A DNA stretch of 38,943 nucleotides from Candidatus Micrarchaeia archaeon (GTDB lineage: Archaea > Micrarchaeota > Micrarchaeia > Norongarragalinales > UBA8480), in assembly GCA_039794045.1 (NCBI GenBank), contig JBAMLY010000006.1, forward strand, positions 1-38,943, given 5' to 3'. Below, piece by piece: positions 18,983 to 26,075 of this stretch. The notes below the pieces were generated by a model that searched no databases, was not told the DNA's origin, and was given only the letters and a program-made list of their open reading frames with translations. The position numbers were made by a program, and so were the translations under genes. How positions within the stretch are numbered: the first letter of the stretch is position 1; each line of letters opens with the position of its first letter.

Positions 18983-19465
18983 ATGGCGGAAGAAAAAACG
19001 CAGCAAGCCGCTCCAGAAAAGCCAGCACAACAAGAGATGCGCGCCCCACCCAAGCGCTTTGAACGCACGGTCGCCCCAAAAGAAGGAAAATGGGGGATAG
19101 CAAACATTTACTCAAGCAAGAATGACACCATAATAACAATTACTGACTTGAGTGGAGCAGAAACCATTTCCAAGGCAAGCGGTGGAATGATAGTCAAAGC
19201 AGACCGCGAGGAAGGCAAGCCCTACGCTGCAATGCAGGCAGCGTTCAAGGCAGCGGACAAAGCCAAGGAAAGAGGAATCAATGCAGTCCACGTGCGCGTC
19301 CGCGCTCCAGGCGGCCACGGCACTAAAACGCCTGGCAGTGGAGCGCAAGCAGCAATCCGCGCGCTAGCACGCAGTGGACTACGCATAGGCAAAATAGAAG
19401 ACGTCACCCCAATTCCCACCGACACCACGAAAAGACCTGGCGGAAAGAGAGGACGCAGGGTGTAA
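18983..19465 (+). CDS. rps11: 30S ribosomal protein uS11
   Basis: [43 protein letters not shown]. Confidence 0.98.
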   Translation: MAEEKTQQAAPEKPAQQEMRAPPKRFERTVAPKEGKWGIANIYSSKNDTIITITDLSGAETISKASGGMIVKADREEGKPYAAMQAAFKAADKAKERGINAVHVRVRAPGGHGTKTPGSGAQAAIRALARSGLRIGKIEDVTPIPTDTTKRPGGKRGRRV

Positions 19466-19468
19466 AAA

Positions 19469-20191
19469 ATGAAGCTTCAAATAATCAAGAGCACGCCCCA
19501 AAAACTAACCATCAAAATAAGCGATGCCTCGCCAGCGTTCGTCAACGCCTTACGCAGAACAATAATAACCGACTTGCCTTCTTTCGCTATAGACGAAGTA
19601 GACTTCTTCGAAAACAATAGCCCAATGTACAACGAGTACATCGCAAACAGACTAGCCCTAATTCCGTTGTACTACGATGAAGACGCTGCCGACGACGCAA
19701 AAATAGCTTTCGCTCTAGACAAGGAAGGCCCTTGCACGGTGTACTCTAAAGACTTGAAGTCTGCCGACGAAAAAATAAGAGTGTTCTGCCAAAACATTCC
19801 AATCATAAAACTCGGAGAAAAACAGAGGCTGCGCCTCGAAGCCATTGCAGTGAAGGGAACAATGCGCCAGCACGCCAAATTCCAGTGCGCGCTCGCTTCC
19901 TACAATGCCTTCCCCGAAATAACCGTCAAAAAAGGAGGCGCTTTGAAGGCAGGCGTGGATGCTTGCCCCAGAAAAGTATTCAACGAAAAAGGAGAGCCAA
20001 CAAACTTGGAAGCATGCGACTTGTGCAACGCTTGCACTGACGCCGCGCCCGAAAACTTTCAAGTAAAACCAAGCGCCACAGAATTCATTTTCTTCGTGGA
20101 AACCTACAACAACATTTCACCAAAAGAGCACTTAAACAAAGCACTCGAAATAATGAGTTCGCGCGCGAAAGCGCTTGCGAAGGAGCTTTAA
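19469..20191 (+). CDS. rpoD: RNA polymerase subunit D (Rpo3) with Fe-S domain
   Basis: NALRR, RLALIPL, HAKFQ; CPRKVF...CDLCNAC cluster motif. Confidence 0.97.
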   Translation: MKLQIIKSTPQKLTIKISDASPAFVNALRRTIITDLPSFAIDEVDFFENNSPMYNEYIANRLALIPLYYDEDAADDAKIAFALDKEGPCTVYSKDLKSADEKIRVFCQNIPIIKLGEKQRLRLEAIAVKGTMRQHAKFQCALASYNAFPEITVKKGGALKAGVDACPRKVFNEKGEPTNLEACDLCNACTDAAPENFQVKPSATEFIFFVETYNNISPKEHLNKALEIMSSRAKALAKEL

Positions 20192-20443
20192 ATGAGGGTT
20201 CGCGCAATACCGAACGCGAGAACGTTTGGCGTAAGCGAGCGAGGAAGCGTCCTCGTTGTAAGACTTCAGTCGAAGCCACAAGACAATCAAGCGAACGAGG
20301 AACTCGAAGAAAAACTTAGTGAACTCGCTGGCGCGAAAGCCCACATCGTGAAAGGCTGGAAAAACAGGGAAAAAGAAGTCGCGTTTGAAGGAATCAATGA
20401 AGAAGAAGCGAAAAAAAAGATAATGGAGAAAAACAATAAGTAA
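20192..20443 (+). CDS. DUF167 (YggU-like) protein
   Basis: VRAIPNA, P.DNQANEEL, IVKGWKNREK pattern typical of UPF0235. Confidence 0.85.
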   Translation: MRVRAIPNARTFGVSERGSVLVVRLQSKPQDNQANEELEEKLSELAGAKAHIVKGWKNREKEVAFEGINEEEAKKKIMEKNNK

Positions 20444-20453
20444 TGAGTAAGAA

Positions 20454-20682
20454 GCGGGGGTGGCAGAGCCTGGTCAAAAAAAGTTTTTTTCATGCCGCAT
20501 GAAAAACGGACCTCAACGCGGCCTCAAAAACCGCGACACGAACCGTTGGACGGCAAAAAAAGTTTTTGACCAAATGCGCAGGCTTGAGGTGTCTGTACCG
20601 TAGAGGTTGCGAGGGTTCAAAACCAACTTCCTTTCTTTCAAAGAAAGAAAAAAAGAGGTTGGGGGAATTCCCTTCCCCCGCA
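20454..20682 (+). tRNA. tRNA-Leu(GAG) with two introns: 21/22 (20478..20573, 96 nt) and 59/60 (20622..20668, 47 nt)
   Basis: Acceptor GCGGGGG/CCCCCGC + A73; D-loop splice helix GGTC/GACC with AA|A bulges; anticodon stem CAGGC/GTCTG with TT-GAG-GT; long variable arm; T-loop intron closed by CCAACTTC/GAGGTTGG. Mature 86 nt. Confidence 0.92.
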
Positions 20683-20716
20683 CTATTCTTAGTACATCAA
20701 AGGAAGTGAAAGTAAC

Positions 20717-21079
20717 GTGGTTAGGAGAGGACCTGAAAACATTCAATTGAAGAACCTCGTAGTGTTCTTGGAGCGCGCGGCGGCGAAGAACAAAGCGCCA
20801 ATTTGGAGGAAGAGTGCTTTCCTGCTGGCGAAGCCCACGCGAAAGCGCGTGGAAGTCAACTTGTTTGACTTGGAAAAGAACTCGCGGGAAGGCGACGTCG
20901 TCCTCATTCCAGGAAAGCTGTTGTCGGAAGGAGAAATAAAGCACAAAATCACTGTAGCGGCTTGGAGGGTTTCCAAGGCAGCCGCGGCCAAACTCGAAAA
21001 AGCTGGCTGCAAACTCGAGTCCATCAATAAACTCGTGGAAAAAAACGCTAAAGGAAAAGGAGTAAAATTATTGGTTTAA
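20717..21079 (+). CDS. rpl18e: 50S ribosomal protein eL18
   Basis: APIW, RKRVEVNL, IPGKLLSEG. Confidence 0.96.
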   Translation: MVRRGPENIQLKNLVVFLERAAAKNKAPIWRKSAFLLAKPTRKRVEVNLFDLEKNSREGDVVLIPGKLLSEGEIKHKITVAAWRVSKAAAAKLEKAGCKLESINKLVEKNAKGKGVKLLV

Positions 21080-21095
21080 AGGAAGTGAAGAGAAA

Positions 21096-21506
21096 ATGAT
21101 TTTCGACGCAGAAAACGCGATAATGGGCCGCCTTGCCGCCCTCGTCGCAAAAAACTTGGTCAAAGGCGAGAAAGTAGTAGTCGTGAACGTCGAGAAAGCC
21201 GTGATTTCAGGCGAGCCAAAAAAAGTAGTTGAAGTCTACCGCAAGCGAAGGGAAATGACTAACAAAGCCAACCCAGAGCATGCTTCAAAGTGGCCGCGAC
21301 GCCCCGACTACTTGTTCAAGCGCGTGGTGCAGGCAATGCTTCCAAAGACGGCGCGAGGTGAAAAGGCATTGAAGAATTTTCGCGCGTTTATGGGAGTCCC
21401 CCCAGAATTCAAGGAAGCAGTAAAGACAAAGAAGGACGCCAGCAAGCTCTCATGCAAGAGCATCACGCTTGAAGAATTGTGCTTCAAGCTCGGTTGGAAA
21501 TACTGA
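21096..21506 (+). CDS. rpl13: 50S ribosomal protein uL13
   Basis: DAENAIMGRLA, EKAVISG, PRRPD, AMLP. Confidence 0.97.
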   Translation: MIFDAENAIMGRLAALVAKNLVKGEKVVVVNVEKAVISGEPKKVVEVYRKRREMTNKANPEHASKWPRRPDYLFKRVVQAMLPKTARGEKALKNFRAFMGVPPEFKEAVKTKKDASKLSCKSITLEELCFKLGWKY

Positions 21507-21523
21507 AAAAAGAAGTGAGTTAC

Positions 21524-21940
21524 ATGGCAGCCTCAAAAAAGAAAAGGGAAAGCAACATAATAGCTCGCGGAAAGCGCAAGGAAGCCATCGCGAGAGCAGT
21601 GTTAAGGCCTGGCAAGGGAAAAATTCGAGTCAACGGATTAGCTCTTGAAGCAATAGAGTCTCCTTACGCGCGCGAAATAATCAGTGAACCAACTCAATTC
21701 GTTGACGCGAGTGCTTACGACATTGATGTCAACGTGAGCGGCGGCGGCGCTATGGGGCAAGCGCAAGCCGCGCGAACGGCGATAGCGCGTGCATTGATTG
21801 AAGCCACTCGAGACGAGGCCGCGAAAGCGAAAATGATTGAGTACGACAGGTCGCTCTTGGTCGAGGACTCGCGCCGCGTTGAACCAAAGAAATTCAAAGG
21901 ACCGAAAGCGCGGGCAAGATTCACGAAGTCGTATCGTTGA
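21524..21940 (+). CDS. rps9: 30S ribosomal protein uS9
   Basis: GKRKEAIARA, GGGAMGQA, YDRSLLVEDSRR, KSYR. Confidence 0.98.
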   Translation: MAASKKKRESNIIARGKRKEAIARAVLRPGKGKIRVNGLALEAIESPYAREIISEPTQFVDASAYDIDVNVSGGGAMGQAQAARTAIARALIEATRDEAAKAKMIEYDRSLLVEDSRRVEPKKFKGPKARARFTKSYR

Positions 21941-21952
21941 GGTTGGTGCAAC

Positions 21953-22150
21953 ATGATGATTCCAGTAAGGTGTTTTACGTGCGGCAAACCAGTAGCTGAA
22001 AAGTACGACGAGTACGTCGAGCGCGTCTCCAAAGGCGAATCCTCAGCCAAAGTATTGAATGATTTGGGAATGGACCGGTATTGCTGCCGCCGCATGTTCT
22101 TGAGCCATGTTGAATTGATTGACGAAATACTTCCTTACTCGCGCTTTTAA
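21953..22150 (+). CDS. rpoN: RNA polymerase subunit N (Rpo10)
   Basis: [16 protein letters not shown]. Confidence 0.98.
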   Translation: MMIPVRCFTCGKPVAEKYDEYVERVSKGESSAKVLNDLGMDRYCCRRMFLSHVELIDEILPYSRF

Positions 22151-22174
22151 GCGCGAAAAACAAAAATCTTGTGG

Positions 22175-22338
22175 GGGGTCGTGGGACAACCTGGCTAGCC
22201 TACCAGCTTGAGCGCAAAAAATGTTTTTGGCGCGGCTAAGGGTGCTGGCGATCCGAGTTCAAAAGCACTTCCTTTTTCTCTTAAAGAAAGAGAAAAAAGA
22301 TTTTATTTTATTTGACGCTGAAAATCTCGGCGACCCCA
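22175..22338 (+). tRNA. tRNA-Pro(GGG) with two introns: 34/35 inside the anticodon (22211..22239, 29 nt) and 59/60 (22264..22324, 61 nt)
   Basis: Acceptor GGGGTCG/CGACCCC + A73; anticodon stem CCAGC/GCTGG; BHB AGCT/GGCT with bulges TG|A and AA|G gives loop TT-GGG-GT; T-loop BHB TTCA/TGAA. Mature 74 nt; usual position after rpoN. Confidence 0.9.
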
Positions 22339-22347
22339 TCAACCTCA

Positions 22348-22373
22348 TTTTTCTCTTTTAGGAAAGAGAAAAA
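22348..22373. repeat. Perfect 11-bp hairpin related to the tRNA intron hairpins
   Basis: TTTTTCTCTTT-TAGG-AAAGAGAAAAA directly downstream of tRNA-Pro. Confidence 0.75.
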
Positions 22374-22409
22374 GTAGCTTGACCAGTCAAAAAGAGAAAC
22401 GGTGAAAAA

Positions 22410-22664
22410 ATGGTGGAACGCGACACTATCTGCTATCAAATAACGTCACCAATTTCCGTAAGCGGAGAGAGAATGGTGATGGTGGCCTTCGGAAAAAAAA
22501 TTGACTCACTCAAGCACGCAACACAACAAGGACCAATTCCTTGGGACAACGACGCCCTAATAATAATGAGCGAGGGCGAGTGGAAGGAACTCAACCCCAA
22601 ATTTGTGGTGGGTGAGAAGTACAAACTCTGCTTCGAGAAAGGCGGCGTTGCCATACGCAAGTAA
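22410..22664 (+). CDS. Small beta-rich protein, possibly arcadin-1-like
   Basis: SD GGTGA; C-terminus LIIMSEGEWKELNPKFVVGEKYKLCFEKGGVAIRK resembles the arcadin-1 pattern as recalled. CDS is likely, family uncertain. Confidence 0.6.
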   Translation: MVERDTICYQITSPISVSGERMVMVAFGKKIDSLKHATQQGPIPWDNDALIIMSEGEWKELNPKFVVGEKYKLCFEKGGVAIRK

Positions 22665-22725
22665 GCCATGGCACGCCATAAAAGCATTTAATAAAACTCG
22701 GCTTCCTTAATAAACAAAGTTTGTT

Positions 22726-22930
22726 GCGGCCGTGGTCTAAAGCAGTTTTCTCTTGAAGCAAGAGGAAACACGGGCAACGGTATGATCCGAACGCTTCAGC
22801 TCACTTGAGTGAAGCGGGGAAAGCCTTCCAAGCTCGTGGCCCGGGTTCAACAAGGGGACGTCGCTCGTTCGGCGTAGGGGCCTCAATTTTCTCGCGTCCC
22901 TTCTACCCCTCGAAAGTCCCGGCGGCCGCA
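22726..22930 (+). tRNA. tRNA-Gly(UCC) with three introns: 15/16 (22741..22777, 37 nt), 29/30 (22791..22822, 32 nt), 59/60 (22852..22916, 65 nt)
   Basis: Exons join to GCGGCCG TG GTCT AACGGTA TGAT C CGAGC CT TCC AA GCTCG TGGC CCGGG TTCAACT CCCGG CGGCCGC A (71 nt); each junction forms a relaxed BHB. Confidence 0.9.
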
Positions 22931-22963
22931 CTGTTTTTTATTTTTGCAGCCCATCCTTTAAGC

Positions 22964-23623
22964 GTGATCAAACTAGTAGTGTTCGACATTGACGGCACGC
23001 TTGTTGACAGCGATGCTGCGCTCGCGCGCGCTTTCCAAAATACTTTTTCAGCGTTCGGCTTAAAATCGCCTTCAATGCAGCAAGTAATAAAGTTTGCGGG
23101 AAACGCCGAAAAAAAATGGTTGGAACTCATTGTCGCGGAAACGAGTCAACATGCCACGCCCCAAAAAATCTCTGAAATGAGTGAGTACTTCAGAAAAAAA
23201 TACTATTCTTTTTACTTTCCGGTCATGGCGCACTTGAAGGCCGGCGTAAAGGAAGCGCTAAACCAAATTCGCGGGCTCGGCGTAAAGACAGCCATAATAA
23301 CCAACGGAAAACGAGCGTACGTCGAGAGAGTAACGTCCTTCTTTAAAATTGCTGAATTGTTTGATGAAACGATTTCAGTTGACGAGGTAAGCCACACAAA
23401 GCCAAGCCCCGAGCCCTTGACGCGAGTGCTGCACGACTTGCGCGTTAAGCCAAGCGAGGCCCTCTACGTGGGAGACACTGAAATAGACGCTGAAACAGCG
23501 AGGGGCGCGGGAGTGAAATTTGTTTTGGTGGTGAACTCGCGCAACAAGAAAGTGAAAGCAGATTACAGGATTTCTTCTTTCTCTGAATTACCCTCGCTTG
23601 CTGGAAGACAACCGGACAACTAA
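22964..23623 (+). CDS. HAD-family hydrolase (phosphoglycolate phosphatase-like)
   Basis: FDIDGTLVDS, ITNG, KPSPE, YVGDTEID; real start is GTG 22964 after the tRNA. Confidence 0.93.
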   Translation: MIKLVVFDIDGTLVDSDAALARAFQNTFSAFGLKSPSMQQVIKFAGNAEKKWLELIVAETSQHATPQKISEMSEYFRKKYYSFYFPVMAHLKAGVKEALNQIRGLGVKTAIITNGKRAYVERVTSFFKIAELFDETISVDEVSHTKPSPEPLTRVLHDLRVKPSEALYVGDTEIDAETARGAGVKFVLVVNSRNKKVKADYRISSFSELPSLAGRQPDN

Positions 23624-24363
23624 TTTGCTTGCGCCACGGCTTGCGGTTGCTGTTCAGCGACTACTTTAATGAATATTTCGCCGAAGAGTTGGTCTTGCCA
23701 AGCCAGCAACTTGTTTTCTTGAACTAAGTGCAAGACAGGCATTAAAGTCATCACCACGTTTTCTGTGCCATAGCACCAGAAGCCATGAGCGTGGCTGTTG
23801 CCCTCTCCAGGGCAAGGAGAAGCACCAGCTTTTCGTTTAAGCAAGTCAGTGAACAAGACTACTCCTTCTTCGTCCTTCAAAGCAATTGCTTGCTCGTAAA
23901 CCTCGCGCATCAAGTCATTCATGTCCACTTTAGGTAACTGAATTGAAAGCATTTGAGGAACTGTTTTCACTGGCAACGGCTTTGAAGTAGCTTTCATGAC
24001 GTCGTCAACGGCTTGAATAAGTTCTTCAAGTGTTAGCTTGCGGCGGCGCGGCTTGTTCGCACGCAAGATGAGTTCAGGAATTTCTTCGTTGAAGTACTGT
24101 GGCGCTTCTTCTACCACTGTTTCAGGCGCTTCCTCTTCCTCTAACTGGAGGGCTTCAGCTTTGAAACGCAGCAAGAGAGCAGAAGCAAGTATCACGTTGG
24201 CTGGAACGCGCAAGTCTAAAGCCGTGAGCTGGCGCACTTTCTGCAAGTACTTGTCTGCGACGCTCACAATGTCTATTTCCCACGGATTCATTTGATTGCT
24301 TGCAACTAACTCTATCAAGAATTCCTTCCAAGTGGGTTTCACGACGAGTTCAAGCAAGTCCAT
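23620..24363 (-). CDS. scpA: Segregation/condensation protein A (kleisin)
   Basis: MNPWEIDI, ANVILASALLLRFKA, R.LTLEELI, C-terminal winged helix VLHL...WQDQLFGEIFI. Confidence 0.9.
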   Translation of the reverse strand: MDLLELVVKPTWKEFLIELVASNQMNPWEIDIVSVADKYLQKVRQLTALDLRVPANVILASALLLRFKAEALQLEEEEAPETVVEEAPQYFNEEIPELILRANKPRRRKLTLEELIQAVDDVMKATSKPLPVKTVPQMLSIQLPKVDMNDLMREVYEQAIALKDEEGVVLFTDLLKRKAGASPCPGEGNSHAHGFWCYGTENVVMTLMPVLHLVQENKLLAWQDQLFGEIFIKVVAEQQPQAVAQAN

Positions 24364-24477
24364 GCTGCATTACTCTTCTGCGCAAAGCGGGTAAACTTAT
24401 TTCCTTCAGCGCATATAAATACTTTCACTAAAAGCGCAAAACAAAAACTTTAAAGGAAGCGTTCTCGAATTTGTTGG

Positions 24478-25260
24478 ATGAAGCCAAGCAATCAAGAAGT
24501 GATTCGCAGGCTCGCAGAACACGACGAGCGCGCTTCAGCCGCCAGGCAAGCCGCAACCGAATTAGAACAACACGCTCGACGCACGCCCGCTGGGCCGCTC
24601 TTGCGCCAAGTTATTCTCGGCGGGCAAGACGGGCTAGTCAACGTTCTCGGACTCGTTTTGGGAGTGGCTAGCGCTACCACTAATTCTTCGCTGGTAATGG
24701 CCGCTGGGCTTGCCGGAACTTTCGCGGAAAGCATTTCTATGGCGGCAGTGGCGTACACTTCATCGCGCGCGGCCCAAGACCACTACAAGAGCGAGGAAGA
24801 ACAAGAAAAATGGGAGATGGAGAATATTCCGGAAGTAGAGCGAGAAGAAATTCGCTTGATTTACATGCGCAAGGGCTTCCGCGGAAAGACTTTGGATGAC
24901 ATCGTCAAAAAAATTACTTCAAACAAGAAGAAGTGGCTTGAAACAATGATGGCTGAAGAACTCGGCTTTGGGGGAGAAGAAAAGAAAATTAATCCCTTGC
25001 GCGAAGCCGCAGTAGTTGGAGTCTCTTCTTTCATTGGCTCAGTGATTCCGCTCGCTCCTTTCACCGTGCTGCCGGCGAGCCAGGCTATGACGGCAGCAGT
25101 TGCCTTGGCGGTCGTGGTCTTGTTTGGAGCTGGAGCCACAAAGGCGGCCCTCACTGTAGGCAAGCCCCTCCGCAGTGGCTTGGAAATGGCGGGAATAGGC
25201 GTGGCCGCAGCAGTAGCCGGCTACTTGGTGGGCTCCTTGTTCGGCGTTGCCATGCAATGA
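24478..25260 (+). CDS. VIT1/CCC1 family Fe/Mn transporter
   Basis: ILGGQDGLV, AESISMA, EREEIRLIY, MMAEELG. Confidence 0.93.
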   Translation: MKPSNQEVIRRLAEHDERASAARQAATELEQHARRTPAGPLLRQVILGGQDGLVNVLGLVLGVASATTNSSLVMAAGLAGTFAESISMAAVAYTSSRAAQDHYKSEEEQEKWEMENIPEVEREEIRLIYMRKGFRGKTLDDIVKKITSNKKKWLETMMAEELGFGGEEKKINPLREAAVVGVSSFIGSVIPLAPFTVLPASQAMTAAVALAVVVLFGAGATKAALTVGKPLRSGLEMAGIGVAAAVAGYLVGSLFGVAMQ

Positions 25261-25314
25261 ATGCTTTTAAAAGAAAGGTTTTTTATTGGTGGCGCGCTAC
25301 ACTCGTTGATTTGA

Positions 25315-26016
25315 ATGATTCGCGTTAAAAGCGGCATTCCTGGACTGGATGAAATGCTGGAGGGCGGCTTTCCTGAAAGCTCTTCCATCCTAGTCAGCGG
25401 CGGCGCTGGCTGCGGCAAAAGCATTTTGTGCCTGCAATACTTGTACGCTGGCGCCAAGCAATACGGCGAGCCTGGCGCTTATGTTACGTTGGAAGAGGGG
25501 CCCCACAACATTTGGTGGAACATGCAGCGCTTCAAGTGGGACTTGCTGCCTCTCGAGCGCGCAAACCTCCTCAAAATATTCAAGTTCGAGCCATCCATAG
25601 ACATGAAGACCGACATTGAAGGACAAATAAAGCGCATTGTCGACAAGGCGCGAGAAATGAACGCCAAGCGTCTCGTCATAGACAGCGTCACCGCGTTGTC
25701 GTTCTGGCTTGACGAAGCTTCAAGAATTCGCTACGCGTTATACGTCTTGATTGAAGAACTACGCAAGATAAATTGTACGACGCTCTTGACGTGCGAAACG
25801 CTTGGCGGCAAGAACGAGTTCAGCCGCTTCGGCGTTGAAGAGTTCCTCACGGACGGCGTGATTTCCTTGAACTTCATGCCACCGCACCGCTACCTATTGA
25901 TTCGAAAAATGAGGGGAACAAACCACAATATTTCAGTTCACCCAGTAATCATAAACGACGCCGGCATCAGCGTCAACTACAAAGAAGAAATTTTGTGGGA
26001 AGCATTAAAAGACTGA
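25315..26016 (+). CDS. Single-domain KaiC/RAD55-like ATPase
   Basis: SGIPGLDEML, GGAGCGKS, TLEE, VIDS, KMRGT. Confidence 0.93.
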   Translation: MIRVKSGIPGLDEMLEGGFPESSSILVSGGAGCGKSILCLQYLYAGAKQYGEPGAYVTLEEGPHNIWWNMQRFKWDLLPLERANLLKIFKFEPSIDMKTDIEGQIKRIVDKAREMNAKRLVIDSVTALSFWLDEASRIRYALYVLIEELRKINCTTLLTCETLGGKNEFSRFGVEEFLTDGVISLNFMPPHRYLLIRKMRGTNHNISVHPVIINDAGISVNYKEEILWEALKD

Positions 26017-26075
26017 CTTGAGAAAATTTCTTTCGTGCGCGTTTTACAAGTTTTTCATACGAGGGGTGGGGGGGC

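Noticed and set aside
20478..20573. C/D box guide RNA inside the long Leu intron
   Set aside because: No RUGAUGA or CUGA boxes present.
22175..22338. Reading this gene as tRNA-Leu(GAG) or Pro(AGG)
   Set aside because: Short variable loop, Pro-type acceptor and position after rpoN indicate Pro; BHB geometry fixes the junction at 34/35, giving GGG.
22852..22916. Nested intron or RNA switch in Gly intron 3
   Set aside because: Alternative pairings exist (GGGACG/CGTCCC versus AGGGG/CCCCT) but no second BHB could be drawn.
22805..22963. N-terminal extension of the HAD ORF
   Set aside because: Overlaps tRNA-Gly; the HAD motif I starts right after GTG 22964.
23767..23829. BHB mRNA intron in scpA
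   Set aside because: Could not build a 4-bp central helix with two 3-nt bulges; kept only as an insertion.
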